Of a stretch of 44,067 nt of DNA, positions 25,647 through 34,837 are shown one piece after another. Numbering within the stretch: position 1 is the first letter of the stretch; the number at the start of each line of letters is the position of its first letter. Made by a program: the position numbers and the translations under genes. Under the pieces are notes generated by a model that was given only the letters and a program-made list of their open reading frames with translations, was not told the DNA's origin and searched no databases. Source of the DNA: Chloroflexota bacterium (GTDB lineage: Bacteria; Chloroflexota; Limnocylindria; P2-11E); assembly GCA_005883775.1 (NCBI GenBank), contig VBEU01000162.1:1-44067 (forward strand). Reading direction: 5' to 3'.

Positions 25647-27155
25647 TCAGCGAGCTTTTTGTAGCGCCTCCTCGAAGCGGCGCTGGCGCGCCAGCCCCTC
25701 GACGAGTCTTTTGTGCGCGTCGGGTCGAGGCCGCCAGGTCCGTCCGACAGGCGAGCGCACCGCGCCGAGATCGCCGACGAGCCCGACTCGCTCGAGCGCG
25801 ACGATCGCGGCCCCGCGCGCCGAACCTTCGCCGACGGCACTCATCACCAGCGGACGGCCGAGCGCATCGGCGAAGAGCTGCGCGAGCCATGGGAGCCGGA
25901 GCAAGGTCCCGCCCGTCGCGATGATGCGGTCGATGCCGGGAAGCGCCGCGTCGACGACCGACCAGAGAAGGATCGCGCGATCAGCGACGCCTTCGATCAT
26001 CGCGCGTGCGATCGCGTCGGGGCGGGTCGCCAGGCCGATGCCGGCGATCGCGGCGCGCGCGCCGTCGTCCCAGGTAGGGCTGCGGTCTCCGGCGAGGAGC
26101 GGCAGCGCGATGACCTCGTCGGCCGGCGCATCGGTGGGCCAGAGCGTCGCGAGGTCGAGCGACGGAAAGGTCTGGGCAAGCCAGGTGAGGACATTTCCGC
26201 CGTTCGAGAGCGCGCCACCGGCGACCACCCGCGATCGGTCGAGGCGGTACGTCCAACCGCCCGGTACGACCGGCGGGTCCTCGGTCGCGTAGACGACACG
26301 GATCGCGCCGGACGTGCCGAGCGATAGCGCGGCGGTCTTCCGTCCCACGGCGCCGACCCCGACGTTGGAGCACACGCCGTCGCCGATCGCCGGCGTCCAC
26401 GGGATCTTCGCGAGCGCCGGCCAGCGCCGCGCGAACTCCGCGCGGAGTCCGCTCTGCGGATCGTCCGAGATCGTCGCAAGCGACCGCGCCGGGACGCGGA
26501 GCCGATCGAGGAGCGGTTCGTCCCAGGTCCGTTTGCGCTGGTCGTAGAGACCGGTGGCCGACGCCATCCCGTGGGCCGCGCGGGTACCGCCGAAGAGGCG
26601 GAAGTAGAGGTACTCGCCGAGCGAGAGCCACTTCGCGGTGCGGCCGAAGGCGTCCGGCGCCGCGTCTCGCAGGTAGCGAAGCTTCGCCGGGAGATAGGAC
26701 GCGTGGATGGTGCAGCCGGTCCGCGCGTGCGTCGCCACCGGGTCGAGCTCGCGCCGCAGCGCCGCGGCGGCCTCGCGCGCTCGCGTGTCGGCCCAGGTGA
26801 GGACGGGCGTCGTGGGACGGCCGTGCGTGTCGACGCCCATCACGCTGTGCCAGAACGCGCAGACCGCGACGACCGCGATATCGGCGGCGCGCTTTCCCGC
26901 GGCGGCGACGGTCTCGTCGATCGCGTCGGCGGTCGCCCGCACGCGCTCATCTGGATCGACCGTCGCTTCCCCGTCGCTCGAGACACGGAGCGGCCGGTCG
27001 CGGTGCGCAATGGCCCTCGCGATCGGGCGACCGCGCGAATCAAATAAGAAGGAGCGCAGACCGGATGTGCCGATATCGACGGCGATGACGAGCGGTGCGG
27101 TCGCTTCTCGCAACGGGATCGCGAGCGGCTCCCCCACGAGCGCCGCCTTCCTCAT
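25647..27155 (-). CDS. FGGY-family carbohydrate kinase (gluconokinase-like)
   Basis: VIAVDIGTSGLRS N-terminal ATPase motif and the ..GDGVCSNVGVG.. and ..IIATGG.. FGGY motifs. The pentose-phosphate gene context suggests gluconate, but the substrate cannot be read from the sequence. Confidence 0.75.
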   Translation of the reverse strand: MRKAALVGEPLAIPLREATAPLVIAVDIGTSGLRSFLFDSRGRPIARAIAHRDRPLRVSSDGEATVDPDERVRATADAIDETVAAAGKRAADIAVVAVCAFWHSVMGVDTHGRPTTPVLTWADTRAREAAAALRRELDPVATHARTGCTIHASYLPAKLRYLRDAAPDAFGRTAKWLSLGEYLYFRLFGGTRAAHGMASATGLYDQRKRTWDEPLLDRLRVPARSLATISDDPQSGLRAEFARRWPALAKIPWTPAIGDGVCSNVGVGAVGRKTAALSLGTSGAIRVVYATEDPPVVPGGWTYRLDRSRVVAGGALSNGGNVLTWLAQTFPSLDLATLWPTDAPADEVIALPLLAGDRSPTWDDGARAAIAGIGLATRPDAIARAMIEGVADRAILLWSVVDAALPGIDRIIATGGTLLRLPWLAQLFADALGRPLVMSAVGEGSARGAAIVALERVGLVGDLGAVRSPVGRTWRPRPDAHKRLVEGLARQRRFEEALQKAR

Positions 27156-27190
27156 CGCGGCCGAGTATGGGACGCCCTGTTAGCTGAAGA

Positions 27191-28621
27191 TCAATCCGCG
27201 GCGTAGAGCGGGACGCAGTGAAAACCGGCGATCGCCGCGCCCAGCGTCAGGTTCCCGGCGTACGGCTCTCTGAAGCAGCGGGCGTAAGCCCGATCCCGCT
27301 CGGCGTACGGAACGACGACGCGCAGCACGAAGCCGGTCGGACACGTCGGCCGATCGCAGGCGATCTGCGGATCGAGGCTCGCCGTCCGTCCGACCTCGAT
27401 CGGATGGAGTCCAGCGGCCTCGAGATCCTGCTTCGCGAGCTGCTCCCAGCCGGCGGGTGCGGTCCCATCGCGCCGCGTTGCCCAGGGCTCGAAGCTGGAC
27501 TCGCCGTAATAGAGAGTCACCGTCGGGTGTCCCGGATGGGGGTCGATACGGCAGCGGAACAGCTCCAGCCTCGAGGGGCCACGGCCCCCGAGGCGCACGT
27601 CCGCGAACAGGTCGCCTCCCTCTGCGAACTCGGAATCGACCCGCAGGGCCGGGACCGCAGGGCCGGCCGTCTGGCCGTCCAGCGTCTCGAGCTCGGCGGT
27701 CGAGTCGAAGGGGATCAGCTCGTTCGGCGAGAGGAGCGGGAGACGTCCATCCGGCGTCCAGACGAGGACGCCTCCGGTGAACGGGATCGGCGCCGACAGG
27801 ACGCGGCCGTCCTCGAGCTGGAGGTCTCGATGGTCGAGGTAAGAGGCGAAGACCGCGTGCCCGCGCGGGGACGGCTCGGCCCACCACGCGCCGATCAGGG
27901 CCCGAGACGTCGCGCCCCGCGTGTCGACCACGTAGATCTCAGTTGGAGCCGACTCGCGGCCGGGCCGCTGGTCGTAGAACGACATGACCGCACGTTCGCC
28001 GTCGCCGCTGTACCGAACCTCGACGTAGACCCCGGCGAGCGTCCGCGGCGCATCGATGACGCGCGACTCGCGGTCGTCGGCCCAGACCCGGAGCTCATTC
28101 CCGCGCCAGAAGAGGAGCTCCTCGCCCCGCCAGCCGAATGGTGTCGCGCTAACGTCTTCGATGCGGGCGAGCTCGCGCTTCGCCGCCACGTCGAACACGA
28201 TCAGCTCGGTCGCCCGCGCGTTGGCCTCGGGACGTGGCGCCCGGTACGCGATGCGGGAACCGCTGCCAGAAAACCGCGGATCCGTGCCCGCCGCTAGATC
28301 GGTGGGTTCGAGGTTCGACAGCGACATCATGAGCACCCGCTGCTCGTCCGCCACGTACGGCCCCATGCGGTGATAGACGCGTGCGCCGAGGACGAAGACG
28401 GTTCCGTCGGGGGACCGATCGAACGAGACGGTCTCCATGTCGGTGTTCGGGAGCGTGACCGGGATCGCCTGATCGCACGTCTTCGCCACAACTGTCGCCG
28501 GAGCTTCGGACGCGACCGGTCGGGCCACCGGTGCCGCGACCGGCGCCGCCGATCCGATGGGAAGGAGCGCGCCGGCCGTGCCGATGAGAAGACCCGCGAG
28601 CACGGCGGAGACGCGCTTCAC
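27191..28621 (-). CDS. Secreted hypothetical protein: PD40/TolB-like beta-propeller repeats plus a Cys-containing C-terminal domain
   Basis: The start is set at GTG 28621, 4 nt after the tkt stop, giving a signal peptide VKRVSAVLAGLLIGTAGALLPIGSAAP. The 85 codons upstream in the track lie inside tkt. SPDG-like repeats are present (RSPDGTVFV, SGSGSRIAY, SGDGERAV, SPRGHAVF). Confidence 0.6.
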   Translation of the reverse strand: MKRVSAVLAGLLIGTAGALLPIGSAAPVAAPVARPVASEAPATVVAKTCDQAIPVTLPNTDMETVSFDRSPDGTVFVLGARVYHRMGPYVADEQRVLMMSLSNLEPTDLAAGTDPRFSGSGSRIAYRAPRPEANARATELIVFDVAAKRELARIEDVSATPFGWRGEELLFWRGNELRVWADDRESRVIDAPRTLAGVYVEVRYSGDGERAVMSFYDQRPGRESAPTEIYVVDTRGATSRALIGAWWAEPSPRGHAVFASYLDHRDLQLEDGRVLSAPIPFTGGVLVWTPDGRLPLLSPNELIPFDSTAELETLDGQTAGPAVPALRVDSEFAEGGDLFADVRLGGRGPSRLELFRCRIDPHPGHPTVTLYYGESSFEPWATRRDGTAPAGWEQLAKQDLEAAGLHPIEVGRTASLDPQIACDRPTCPTGFVLRVVVPYAERDRAYARCFREPYAGNLTLGAAIAGFHCVPLYAAD

Positions 28622-28625
28622 GTGA

Positions 28626-30491
28626 CTACCCGAGGAGCGCTTTGACCGCGCGGACGATGTGCACCGTGCTGATGCCGGCATCGTCGAGCATCTCGGCGGG
28701 CTTGCCCGAACCGGGCATCTTGCGCACCGCGAGGTGGCGGTAGCGCAGATCGCGGAAGCCGCGATCCGCGAGGGCCGCCAGCACGGCGTCGCCAATGCCG
28801 CCCTCGACCCAGTGATCCTCGACGACGACGATGCGCCCACCAGTGGCGCGCGCCGCATCGGCGAGAGTCTCCGCATCGATCGGCTTCACGGTGTAGAGGT
28901 CGATGACCCGGACGGGGATGTCCTCATGGGCCAGCACGTCGACCGCCTTCAGCGCTTCGTGCAGGGTGATGCCGGCCGCGACGATCGTCGCGCGATCCTT
29001 GCTCGAGCCGCCGCGGACGACCTTGCTGCCACCGATCGGAAAGCTCTCGCCCTTGTCGTAGACGATCGCGGTCTTCTCGCGCGTCGTCCTCATATATGTG
29101 ATCCCCTCGCGATCCGCCATCTGCGCGACGAGCTTGGCCGTCTGATTCCCGTCGGAGGGATAGAGCACCGTGCTGCCATGGACCGCGCGCATCATCGCCA
29201 GATCCTCGAGACCCATCTGCGATGGACCGTCCTCGCCGATCGACACGCCGGCGTGCGATCCGACCAGGCGGATCTGGGCACGCGAGATCGCGGCCATCCG
29301 GATGAAGTCGTATGCACGCGTGAAGAAGGCGGCGAAGGTGGAAGCGAACGGGACCAGGTCCACGACCTGCATGCCCACGGCCGCCGCGACCATCTGTTGC
29401 TCGGCGATGTACATCTCGAAGAAACGCTCCGGCGCGGTCTTCTTGAAATCTTCGGCGTGCGTCGAGTTCGAGACTTCGGCGTCGAGGACGACGACGTCCT
29501 TGCGCGCAGCCCCGAGCGCTGCGAGCGCCTCGCCGTACGCCTTTCGCGTCGCGATGGGCTCGGTGTACGTCTTGAGCGCGAGCGACCCGGTCCGCTGCAT
29601 CGACGGCCGGTCCCAGCGCTCGGGCTTGGCGACGGGGAACGTGCGCGAGCGTGTCTCGCCACCGAGCTCCGCGATCGCCTCTTTTGCCTGCTCGGCGTCC
29701 AGCGCTTTCCCGTGCCAGCCTTCCTTGTTCTCGAGGAACGAGACGCCCTTGCCCTTCACCGTGCGAGCCAGGATCGCGGTAGGCCGAGCAGCGTCGCGAG
29801 CGCGGGCGTACGCGTCGTCGATCTCGGTGGCGTCGTGACCGTCGATCACGATCGGGTCGATCCCGAACGCGCGGACCCGCGCCGCATAGGTGCCCATGTC
29901 CCACTCGAGCTCGGTGGGTCCGCGCTGGCCGAGCCGATTCACGTCGATGATCGCGGTCAGGTTCGCGAGCCCTTCGTGGCCGGCGTGGTCGAAGGCCTCC
30001 CAGATCGAGCCCTCCGCGGTCTCGCTGTCACCGACGAGGACCCACACGTGGAACGGTGCCCCGAGCACGCGCTTTCCGGCGAGGGCGACGCCGACGCCGA
30101 TCGGCAGGCCCTGACCTAGCGAGCCCGTCGCCACGTCGACCCAGGGAAGGATCGGTGTGGGATGCCCCTCGAGACGGCTGCCGAGCCTCCGGAACGTCAT
30201 GAGCTCGTCGTCGGTGATCGCGCCCGCGGCCTTGAACATCGCGTACACGAGCGGCGACGCGTGGCCCTTGGAGAAGATGAGGTGATCATTCGCGGGGTTG
30301 TCGGGCTGCCCGAAGTCGTAACGCAGGTGACCGCCGAGCAGGACCGCGATCAGATCGGCGGCCGAGAGCGACGATGTGGGATGGCCGGACCCCGCTGCGG
30401 TGGAGCAGCGGATGCTGTCGATCCGAAGCTGCCGTGCGAGGTCGCGGTACGTTTCCAGCTTGGATCCGACCTCGGTCGCGGTGGTGCTCAC
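28626..30491 (-). CDS. tkt: Transketolase
   Basis: ..AAGSGHPTSSLSAADL.., ..GDSETAEGSIWEA.., the TPP-binding and pyrimidine-binding domains, and the C-terminal domain are all present in the 621-aa protein. Confidence 0.9.
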   Translation of the reverse strand: MSTTATEVGSKLETYRDLARQLRIDSIRCSTAAGSGHPTSSLSAADLIAVLLGGHLRYDFGQPDNPANDHLIFSKGHASPLVYAMFKAAGAITDDELMTFRRLGSRLEGHPTPILPWVDVATGSLGQGLPIGVGVALAGKRVLGAPFHVWVLVGDSETAEGSIWEAFDHAGHEGLANLTAIIDVNRLGQRGPTELEWDMGTYAARVRAFGIDPIVIDGHDATEIDDAYARARDAARPTAILARTVKGKGVSFLENKEGWHGKALDAEQAKEAIAELGGETRSRTFPVAKPERWDRPSMQRTGSLALKTYTEPIATRKAYGEALAALGAARKDVVVLDAEVSNSTHAEDFKKTAPERFFEMYIAEQQMVAAAVGMQVVDLVPFASTFAAFFTRAYDFIRMAAISRAQIRLVGSHAGVSIGEDGPSQMGLEDLAMMRAVHGSTVLYPSDGNQTAKLVAQMADREGITYMRTTREKTAIVYDKGESFPIGGSKVVRGGSSKDRATIVAAGITLHEALKAVDVLAHEDIPVRVIDLYTVKPIDAETLADAARATGGRIVVVEDHWVEGGIGDAVLAALADRGFRDLRYRHLAVRKMPGSGKPAEMLDDAGISTVHIVRAVKALLG

Positions 30492-30530
30492 GGACTGAGG
30501 TTACGCCTCCGCTCGAGGTAGCCGTTCATG

Positions 30531-31175
30531 TCAGCGCCTGGCCGCGCCGAGGAGGATCGGCCATGCGCCATCGGTCCAGCTGCCGTCACGCACGGTGCCG
30601 ATATCGGCCCCGCCCCACGCCGTGTAGGTGCAGGTGATGCCGCTACCACCAAAGGCGGTCACGCGCTCCACCGCATACAACCGCCGACGCTCGGCCGTGA
30701 ACCAGCACCGCGATCGCGCGCACTCGAGACCCGACTCGCAGACCGGGGCGTTCGCGGCATCGGCCGGCGCGACGGCCAGCGCAAGCGCCGCACCGATGGC
30801 TCCGACGATGACCACGATGGTCACGAGCACGACGGTCGCGCGGTGCAAACCGAGGCGACGCCGAAACGCGGCACCGAACAGGGCGCCCGCGACCGCAGGC
30901 ACAAAAAGCCAGGACGCCGAAACAAAAAGGCCGACGTACGCGCTCGGGGCGATCGCGAACCGTCCCAGCACCAAAAGTGCGGTGGCGAGCATGAGCGCGC
31001 CGAAGGCCGCCGCCGTCAACGACCCGCGAGAGCTCGATGGATCGACCGAGAGACCGACCGAGATGCCGCCCGCGACGATCACGAGGAGCGCCCAAGGGAA
31101 ATAGAGCGGTGGGAACACAAGGAGCACACCGAAGAGCGCAAGACCGAGGACAGCCGCCACGACGAGAGACACCAC
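30531..31175 (-). CDS. Hypothetical membrane protein (4-5 TMs) with a Cys-containing C-terminal extracytoplasmic domain
   Basis: This is the C-terminal part of the 539-aa track ORF. The start is uncertain (GTG 31175 or 31172); upstream of that the frame is antisense to gnd. Confidence 0.5.
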   Translation of the reverse strand: MVSLVVAAVLGLALFGVLLVFPPLYFPWALLVIVAGGISVGLSVDPSSSRGSLTAAAFGALMLATALLVLGRFAIAPSAYVGLFVSASWLFVPAVAGALFGAAFRRRLGLHRATVVLVTIVVIVGAIGAALALAVAPADAANAPVCESGLECARSRCWFTAERRRLYAVERVTAFGGSGITCTYTAWGGADIGTVRDGSWTDGAWPILLGAARR

Positions 31176-31229
31176 ACCGAGAGCGTGGCATATCGTCTGG
31201 CCGACACGCCAAAAGCGAGGGATCAAGCG

Positions 31230-32129
31230 ATGGATATCGGTCTCTACGGACTCGGGCGGATGGGCGGGAACATGGTGACCCGGCTCGCGCGCGGCGGGCA
31301 TCGCGTGATCGCCGGGAACCGCAGCCCCGAGCCGGTGCAGGAGGCGTCGAAGCATGGCGCCGTCGCGGCGAGCTCGATCGAGGACATGGCGAAGAAGCTC
31401 AAACCACCGCGTGTCCTCTGGGCGATGGTCCCAGCGGGCGACGTTACCGACCACACGCTCGACGAATTCGCCCGGTACGCATCTGCCGGCGACGTGCTCG
31501 TCGACGGAGGCAACAGCTACTTCCGCGACTCGATGCGGCGCGCGGAGAAATACGCCGGAATGGGATTCCGCTTCCTCGACGTTGGCGTCTCGGGCGGGAT
31601 CTGGGGGCTCGAGAACGGCTACTGCATGATGGTCGGCGGTCCCGCCGACGGGGTCGCCATCGCCAAGCCGGCGCTCGATACTCTCGCGCCGCCGAACGGG
31701 TGGTCGCACTTCGGGAAAAATGGCGCGGGCCACTTCGTCAAGATGGTCCACAACGGGATCGAGTACGGAATGATGCAGGCGTACGGCGAAGGGTTCGAGC
31801 TGCTGCACGCGAGCGAGTTCGAGCTCGATCTCCGCAAGGTCTCCACCGTCTGGCTTCAAGGAAGCGTCGTCCGCTCCTGGCTCCTCGAGCTCGCCGAGCG
31901 CGCCTTCGAACAGGAGGGCAGCGACCTGAAGAACATCAAAGGCTGGGTCGAGGATTCGGGTGAGGGTCGCTGGACCGTGCTCGAGGCCGTGACGCACGGT
32001 GTCCCGATGACGGCCATCTCCCATTCGCTCTTCGCGCGCTTCGTCTCGCGGCAGGAGGACAGCTACGCGATGAAGGTCGCGGCCGCGCTTCGCAATCAGT
32101 TCGGCGGTCACGCCGTTAAGAAGGAATAG
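31230..32129 (+). CDS. gnd: 6-phosphogluconate dehydrogenase, short (about 300 aa) decarboxylating type
   Basis: MDIGLYGLGRMGGNMV Rossmann start and ..GVSGGIWGLENGYCMMVGG.. and ..GAGHFVKMVHNGIEYGMMQAYGEG.. motifs. The 234 upstream codons of the track ORF are Arg/Asp/His-rich antisense junk. Confidence 0.9.
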   Translation: MDIGLYGLGRMGGNMVTRLARGGHRVIAGNRSPEPVQEASKHGAVAASSIEDMAKKLKPPRVLWAMVPAGDVTDHTLDEFARYASAGDVLVDGGNSYFRDSMRRAEKYAGMGFRFLDVGVSGGIWGLENGYCMMVGGPADGVAIAKPALDTLAPPNGWSHFGKNGAGHFVKMVHNGIEYGMMQAYGEGFELLHASEFELDLRKVSTVWLQGSVVRSWLLELAERAFEQEGSDLKNIKGWVEDSGEGRWTVLEAVTHGVPMTAISHSLFARFVSRQEDSYAMKVAAALRNQFGGHAVKKE

Positions 32130-32134
32130 GCGAC

Positions 32135-33664
32135 CTGGCCACCTCGACACTCAATCCGCTCCGCGAAGGGCTGCGGCTCTCACGCATCCCCGAACCTTCG
32201 ACGATCGTGATCTTCGGCGGCTCCGGCGATCTCGCCCAGCGCAAGCTTATCCCGGCGCTGTACAACCTCGCGCTGCAGCGGCTGCTCCCCGCGACGTTCT
32301 CCATCGTGGGCACGGCACGCAAGCCCCTGAGCCACGAGGAGTACCGCGAGGAGCTGCACAAAGCCGTGGCGCAATACAGCCGGACGAGGCCCTTGAACGA
32401 GGAGGTCTGGCGGAGCTTCGCCGAACACCTGCATTTCGTCACGACCTCGGACGATGCCGGCTATGAAGAGCTTCGACGCACGCTCGAGCAGCTCGACTTC
32501 GCGCTTGGCACGCACGCCAACCGGCTCTTCTATCTCGCGACACCACCGCCCGCGTACAAGGCGATCGTCGAAGCGATCGGCGAGCACCGCCTCCGTGGAG
32601 ACACCGGCTGGGCGCGCATCGTCGTCGAGAAGCCGTTCGGACACGACCGCGCGTCCGCCCTCGAGCTCAACGAGATCGTGCATACCGTCTTCCGCGAGGA
32701 CGAGGTCTTCCGCATCGATCACTACCTCGGCAAGGAGACCGTTCAGAACATCCTGGTGATGCGTTTCTCGAACGGGATCTTTGAGCCGATCTGGAACCGG
32801 CAGTACGTTGACCACGTCCAGATCACGGTCGCGGAGACGATCGGCGTCGGGGAGCGGGCGGGTTACTACGAGCAGGCCGGTGCGATGCGCGACATCGTCC
32901 AGAACCACCTGCTTCAGCTCCTCGCGCTCGTCTCGATGGAGCCGCCGGCCGCGTTCGACGACAAGGCCGTCCGCGACGAGAAGGTCAAGGTGATGCGCGC
33001 GCTGCGGCGGATCGCGGGCGAGGATCTGTCGATGAACGCCGTGCGCGGGCAATACACGCGCGGCTTCATCGAGGGCACGCCCGTCCCGGGATACCGCGAG
33101 GAGCCTGGCGTGGCAGCCGATTCGCGCACCGATACCTACGTGGCGCTCAAGCTCTGGGTCGACAACTGGCGCTGGGAAGGCATCCCGTTCTACGTCCGCA
33201 CCGGGAAGCGACTTCCGAAACAGTCGACCGAGATCGCGATCCAGTTCCGCGCCGCGCCGCACCAGCTCTTCTCCCGCGATGCTCTCGCGGGCCTCGAACC
33301 GAACGCGCTCGTGTTGCGTATCCAGCCGGACGAAGGCATCTCGCTGCGGTTCGGCGCGAAGGTCCCGGTGCAGGGGATCCGCATCCGCGCGGTGAACATG
33401 GACTTCGACTACGGCGCCTCCTTCATGGTCGACGCTCCGGACGCGTACGAGACGCTCATCCTCGACGCGCTCCGCGGCGACGCAACGCTCTTCACGCGAC
33501 ACGACGAGGTTGACCAGCAATGGGCGTTCGTTGACCCCATCATCAAGGGCTGGGCATCGAGCGACTCGGCCGAGGGGCCGGCCCTTTACGAAGCCGGGAC
33601 GTGGGGACCCACCGAGGCGGACGCTCTCATCGAGCGGGATGGACGAAAATGGCGGAAGGCGTAG
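32135..33664 (+). CDS. zwf: Glucose-6-phosphate dehydrogenase
   Basis: ..IFGGSGDLAQRKLIPALYNL.., ..RIDHYLGKE.. and the rest of the Zwf fold are present. The conserved N-terminal segment TLNPLREGLR..PEPSTIV lies upstream of the first canonical start (GTG 32207). The only plausible initiator is CTG 32135, 9 nt after an AAGGA Shine-Dalgarno and 5 nt after the gnd stop. Confidence 0.9.
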   Translation: MATSTLNPLREGLRLSRIPEPSTIVIFGGSGDLAQRKLIPALYNLALQRLLPATFSIVGTARKPLSHEEYREELHKAVAQYSRTRPLNEEVWRSFAEHLHFVTTSDDAGYEELRRTLEQLDFALGTHANRLFYLATPPPAYKAIVEAIGEHRLRGDTGWARIVVEKPFGHDRASALELNEIVHTVFREDEVFRIDHYLGKETVQNILVMRFSNGIFEPIWNRQYVDHVQITVAETIGVGERAGYYEQAGAMRDIVQNHLLQLLALVSMEPPAAFDDKAVRDEKVKVMRALRRIAGEDLSMNAVRGQYTRGFIEGTPVPGYREEPGVAADSRTDTYVALKLWVDNWRWEGIPFYVRTGKRLPKQSTEIAIQFRAAPHQLFSRDALAGLEPNALVLRIQPDEGISLRFGAKVPVQGIRIRAVNMDFDYGASFMVDAPDAYETLILDALRGDATLFTRHDEVDQQWAFVDPIIKGWASSDSAEGPALYEAGTWGPTEADALIERDGRKWRKA

Positions 33665-34803
33665 TGATCGACACGACGTTCTGGGGAACGCGCCAGAGTG
33701 GCGTCGCGGCGCTCGAGCGCGAGCTCACGCGGCTCCGCCGGGCGCAGAGCGCGCATGCGCGCGAGCTCGGGCGACCGATCGCGCGCGCGTCGGTTCTGAA
33801 TCTCATCGTGTACGCCGACCGCGAGGAGCACGCACGCCGCGCCGCACGGAGCATCGCCGACCTCGCGCTCCGTCATCCGTCGCGCGCGATCGTCGTGCTC
33901 GCGGACCGCGGTGCACGAGACGGCACCCAGAAGCGCATCGAGATGCACTGCCGGCTCCCGATCGCGGACGGCGCGCGGCTCGTCTGCTACGAACAGATCC
34001 TCGTCCGCGCGAGGGGGGACGCCGACGATCGCCTGGCCTCCGCGGTGATCCCGCTTCTCGTTCCCGATCTCCCGGTCTTCCTCTGGTGGACTGGGACGCC
34101 GCCGCTCGGCTCGCGCTCGTTCGGAGATCTGCTGCGGCTCACGGACCGCCTCGTGGTCGACTCCGCGGACTTCGCTCGTCCCGAAGTGACGTTGCCGGTC
34201 ATCGCGCGCATCTCGGATGAGGCCCGCGGGCGCTTCGGACTGACGGACCTCAATTGGACGCGGCTCACACCGTGGCGCGAGATCGCGACAGCGTTCTTCG
34301 ACGTTCCCGCCTGGCGGCTCTTTCTGGACGGTGTCACCGGCGTCAGTGTCGGTTTTGCCGTGGACATGGACGGTCGTGACATACATCCTTCGCAGGCGTT
34401 GCTCTTCGTGGGATGGCTGGCGTCGCGTCTCGGCTGGCGACCGCTCGAGGCGCTCGCGCCGTCGGAGGCCGGCGGACTCCTGTTCGCGATCGCGCGTCCC
34501 GATGGTGCGCGGATCATGGTGCGCGTGCGTCCGCGATTCGAGCGCGGGCTCGACGAGGGAGATGTCTCAGGTATACGCATCAAGGCGACCGCCGCGCGAC
34601 AGCTCGCCGAATTCGCCGTGAAGCGCCAGCCCGATCCGCGACATCAGACCGCCACCGTCCTGCTGGACGGCGAGCGGCGGTGGGAGCGCACCATGCCGCT
34701 TCCATCGCCGGCCATCGTCGAGCTCATCGGCGAGGAGCTCTCGATCCTCGGAAGCGACCGTACGTATGAGGCGGCACTCGGCGCCCTCGTCGAGCTCGCC
34801 TAG
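33649..34803 (+). CDS. opcA: Glucose-6-phosphate dehydrogenase assembly protein OpcA
   Basis: It sits immediately after zwf with a 16-nt overlap. ..SVLNLIVYAD..AIVVLAD..VPDLPVFLWW.. are OpcA-family features. Confidence 0.8.
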   Translation: MAEGVVIDTTFWGTRQSGVAALERELTRLRRAQSAHARELGRPIARASVLNLIVYADREEHARRAARSIADLALRHPSRAIVVLADRGARDGTQKRIEMHCRLPIADGARLVCYEQILVRARGDADDRLASAVIPLLVPDLPVFLWWTGTPPLGSRSFGDLLRLTDRLVVDSADFARPEVTLPVIARISDEARGRFGLTDLNWTRLTPWREIATAFFDVPAWRLFLDGVTGVSVGFAVDMDGRDIHPSQALLFVGWLASRLGWRPLEALAPSEAGGLLFAIARPDGARIMVRVRPRFERGLDEGDVSGIRIKATAARQLAEFAVKRQPDPRHQTATVLLDGERRWERTMPLPSPAIVELIGEELSILGSDRTYEAALGALVELA

Positions 34804-34837
34804 TGGGTTAGCACACAAGTTGCGGACAGGCGATGAG

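Noticed and set aside
28622-28876. Extended start (28876) of the secreted propeller protein, extended start (23268) of the CoA-transferase, and extended starts at 11197, 12756, 13925, 14532, 33601 and 34766 in the track
   Set aside because: The extensions overlap the 3' ends of well-supported upstream genes and translate to Ser/Arg/Pro-rich junk. Internal starts placed at or just after the upstream stop give proper N-termini (signal peptides, Rossmann folds, family motifs).
30528-31229. N-terminal 234 codons of the 533-aa ORF containing gnd
   Set aside because: This stretch is highly charged Arg/Asp/His/Glu-rich sequence with no homology, antisense to a plausible membrane protein. The real gnd begins with the Rossmann motif at ATG 31230.
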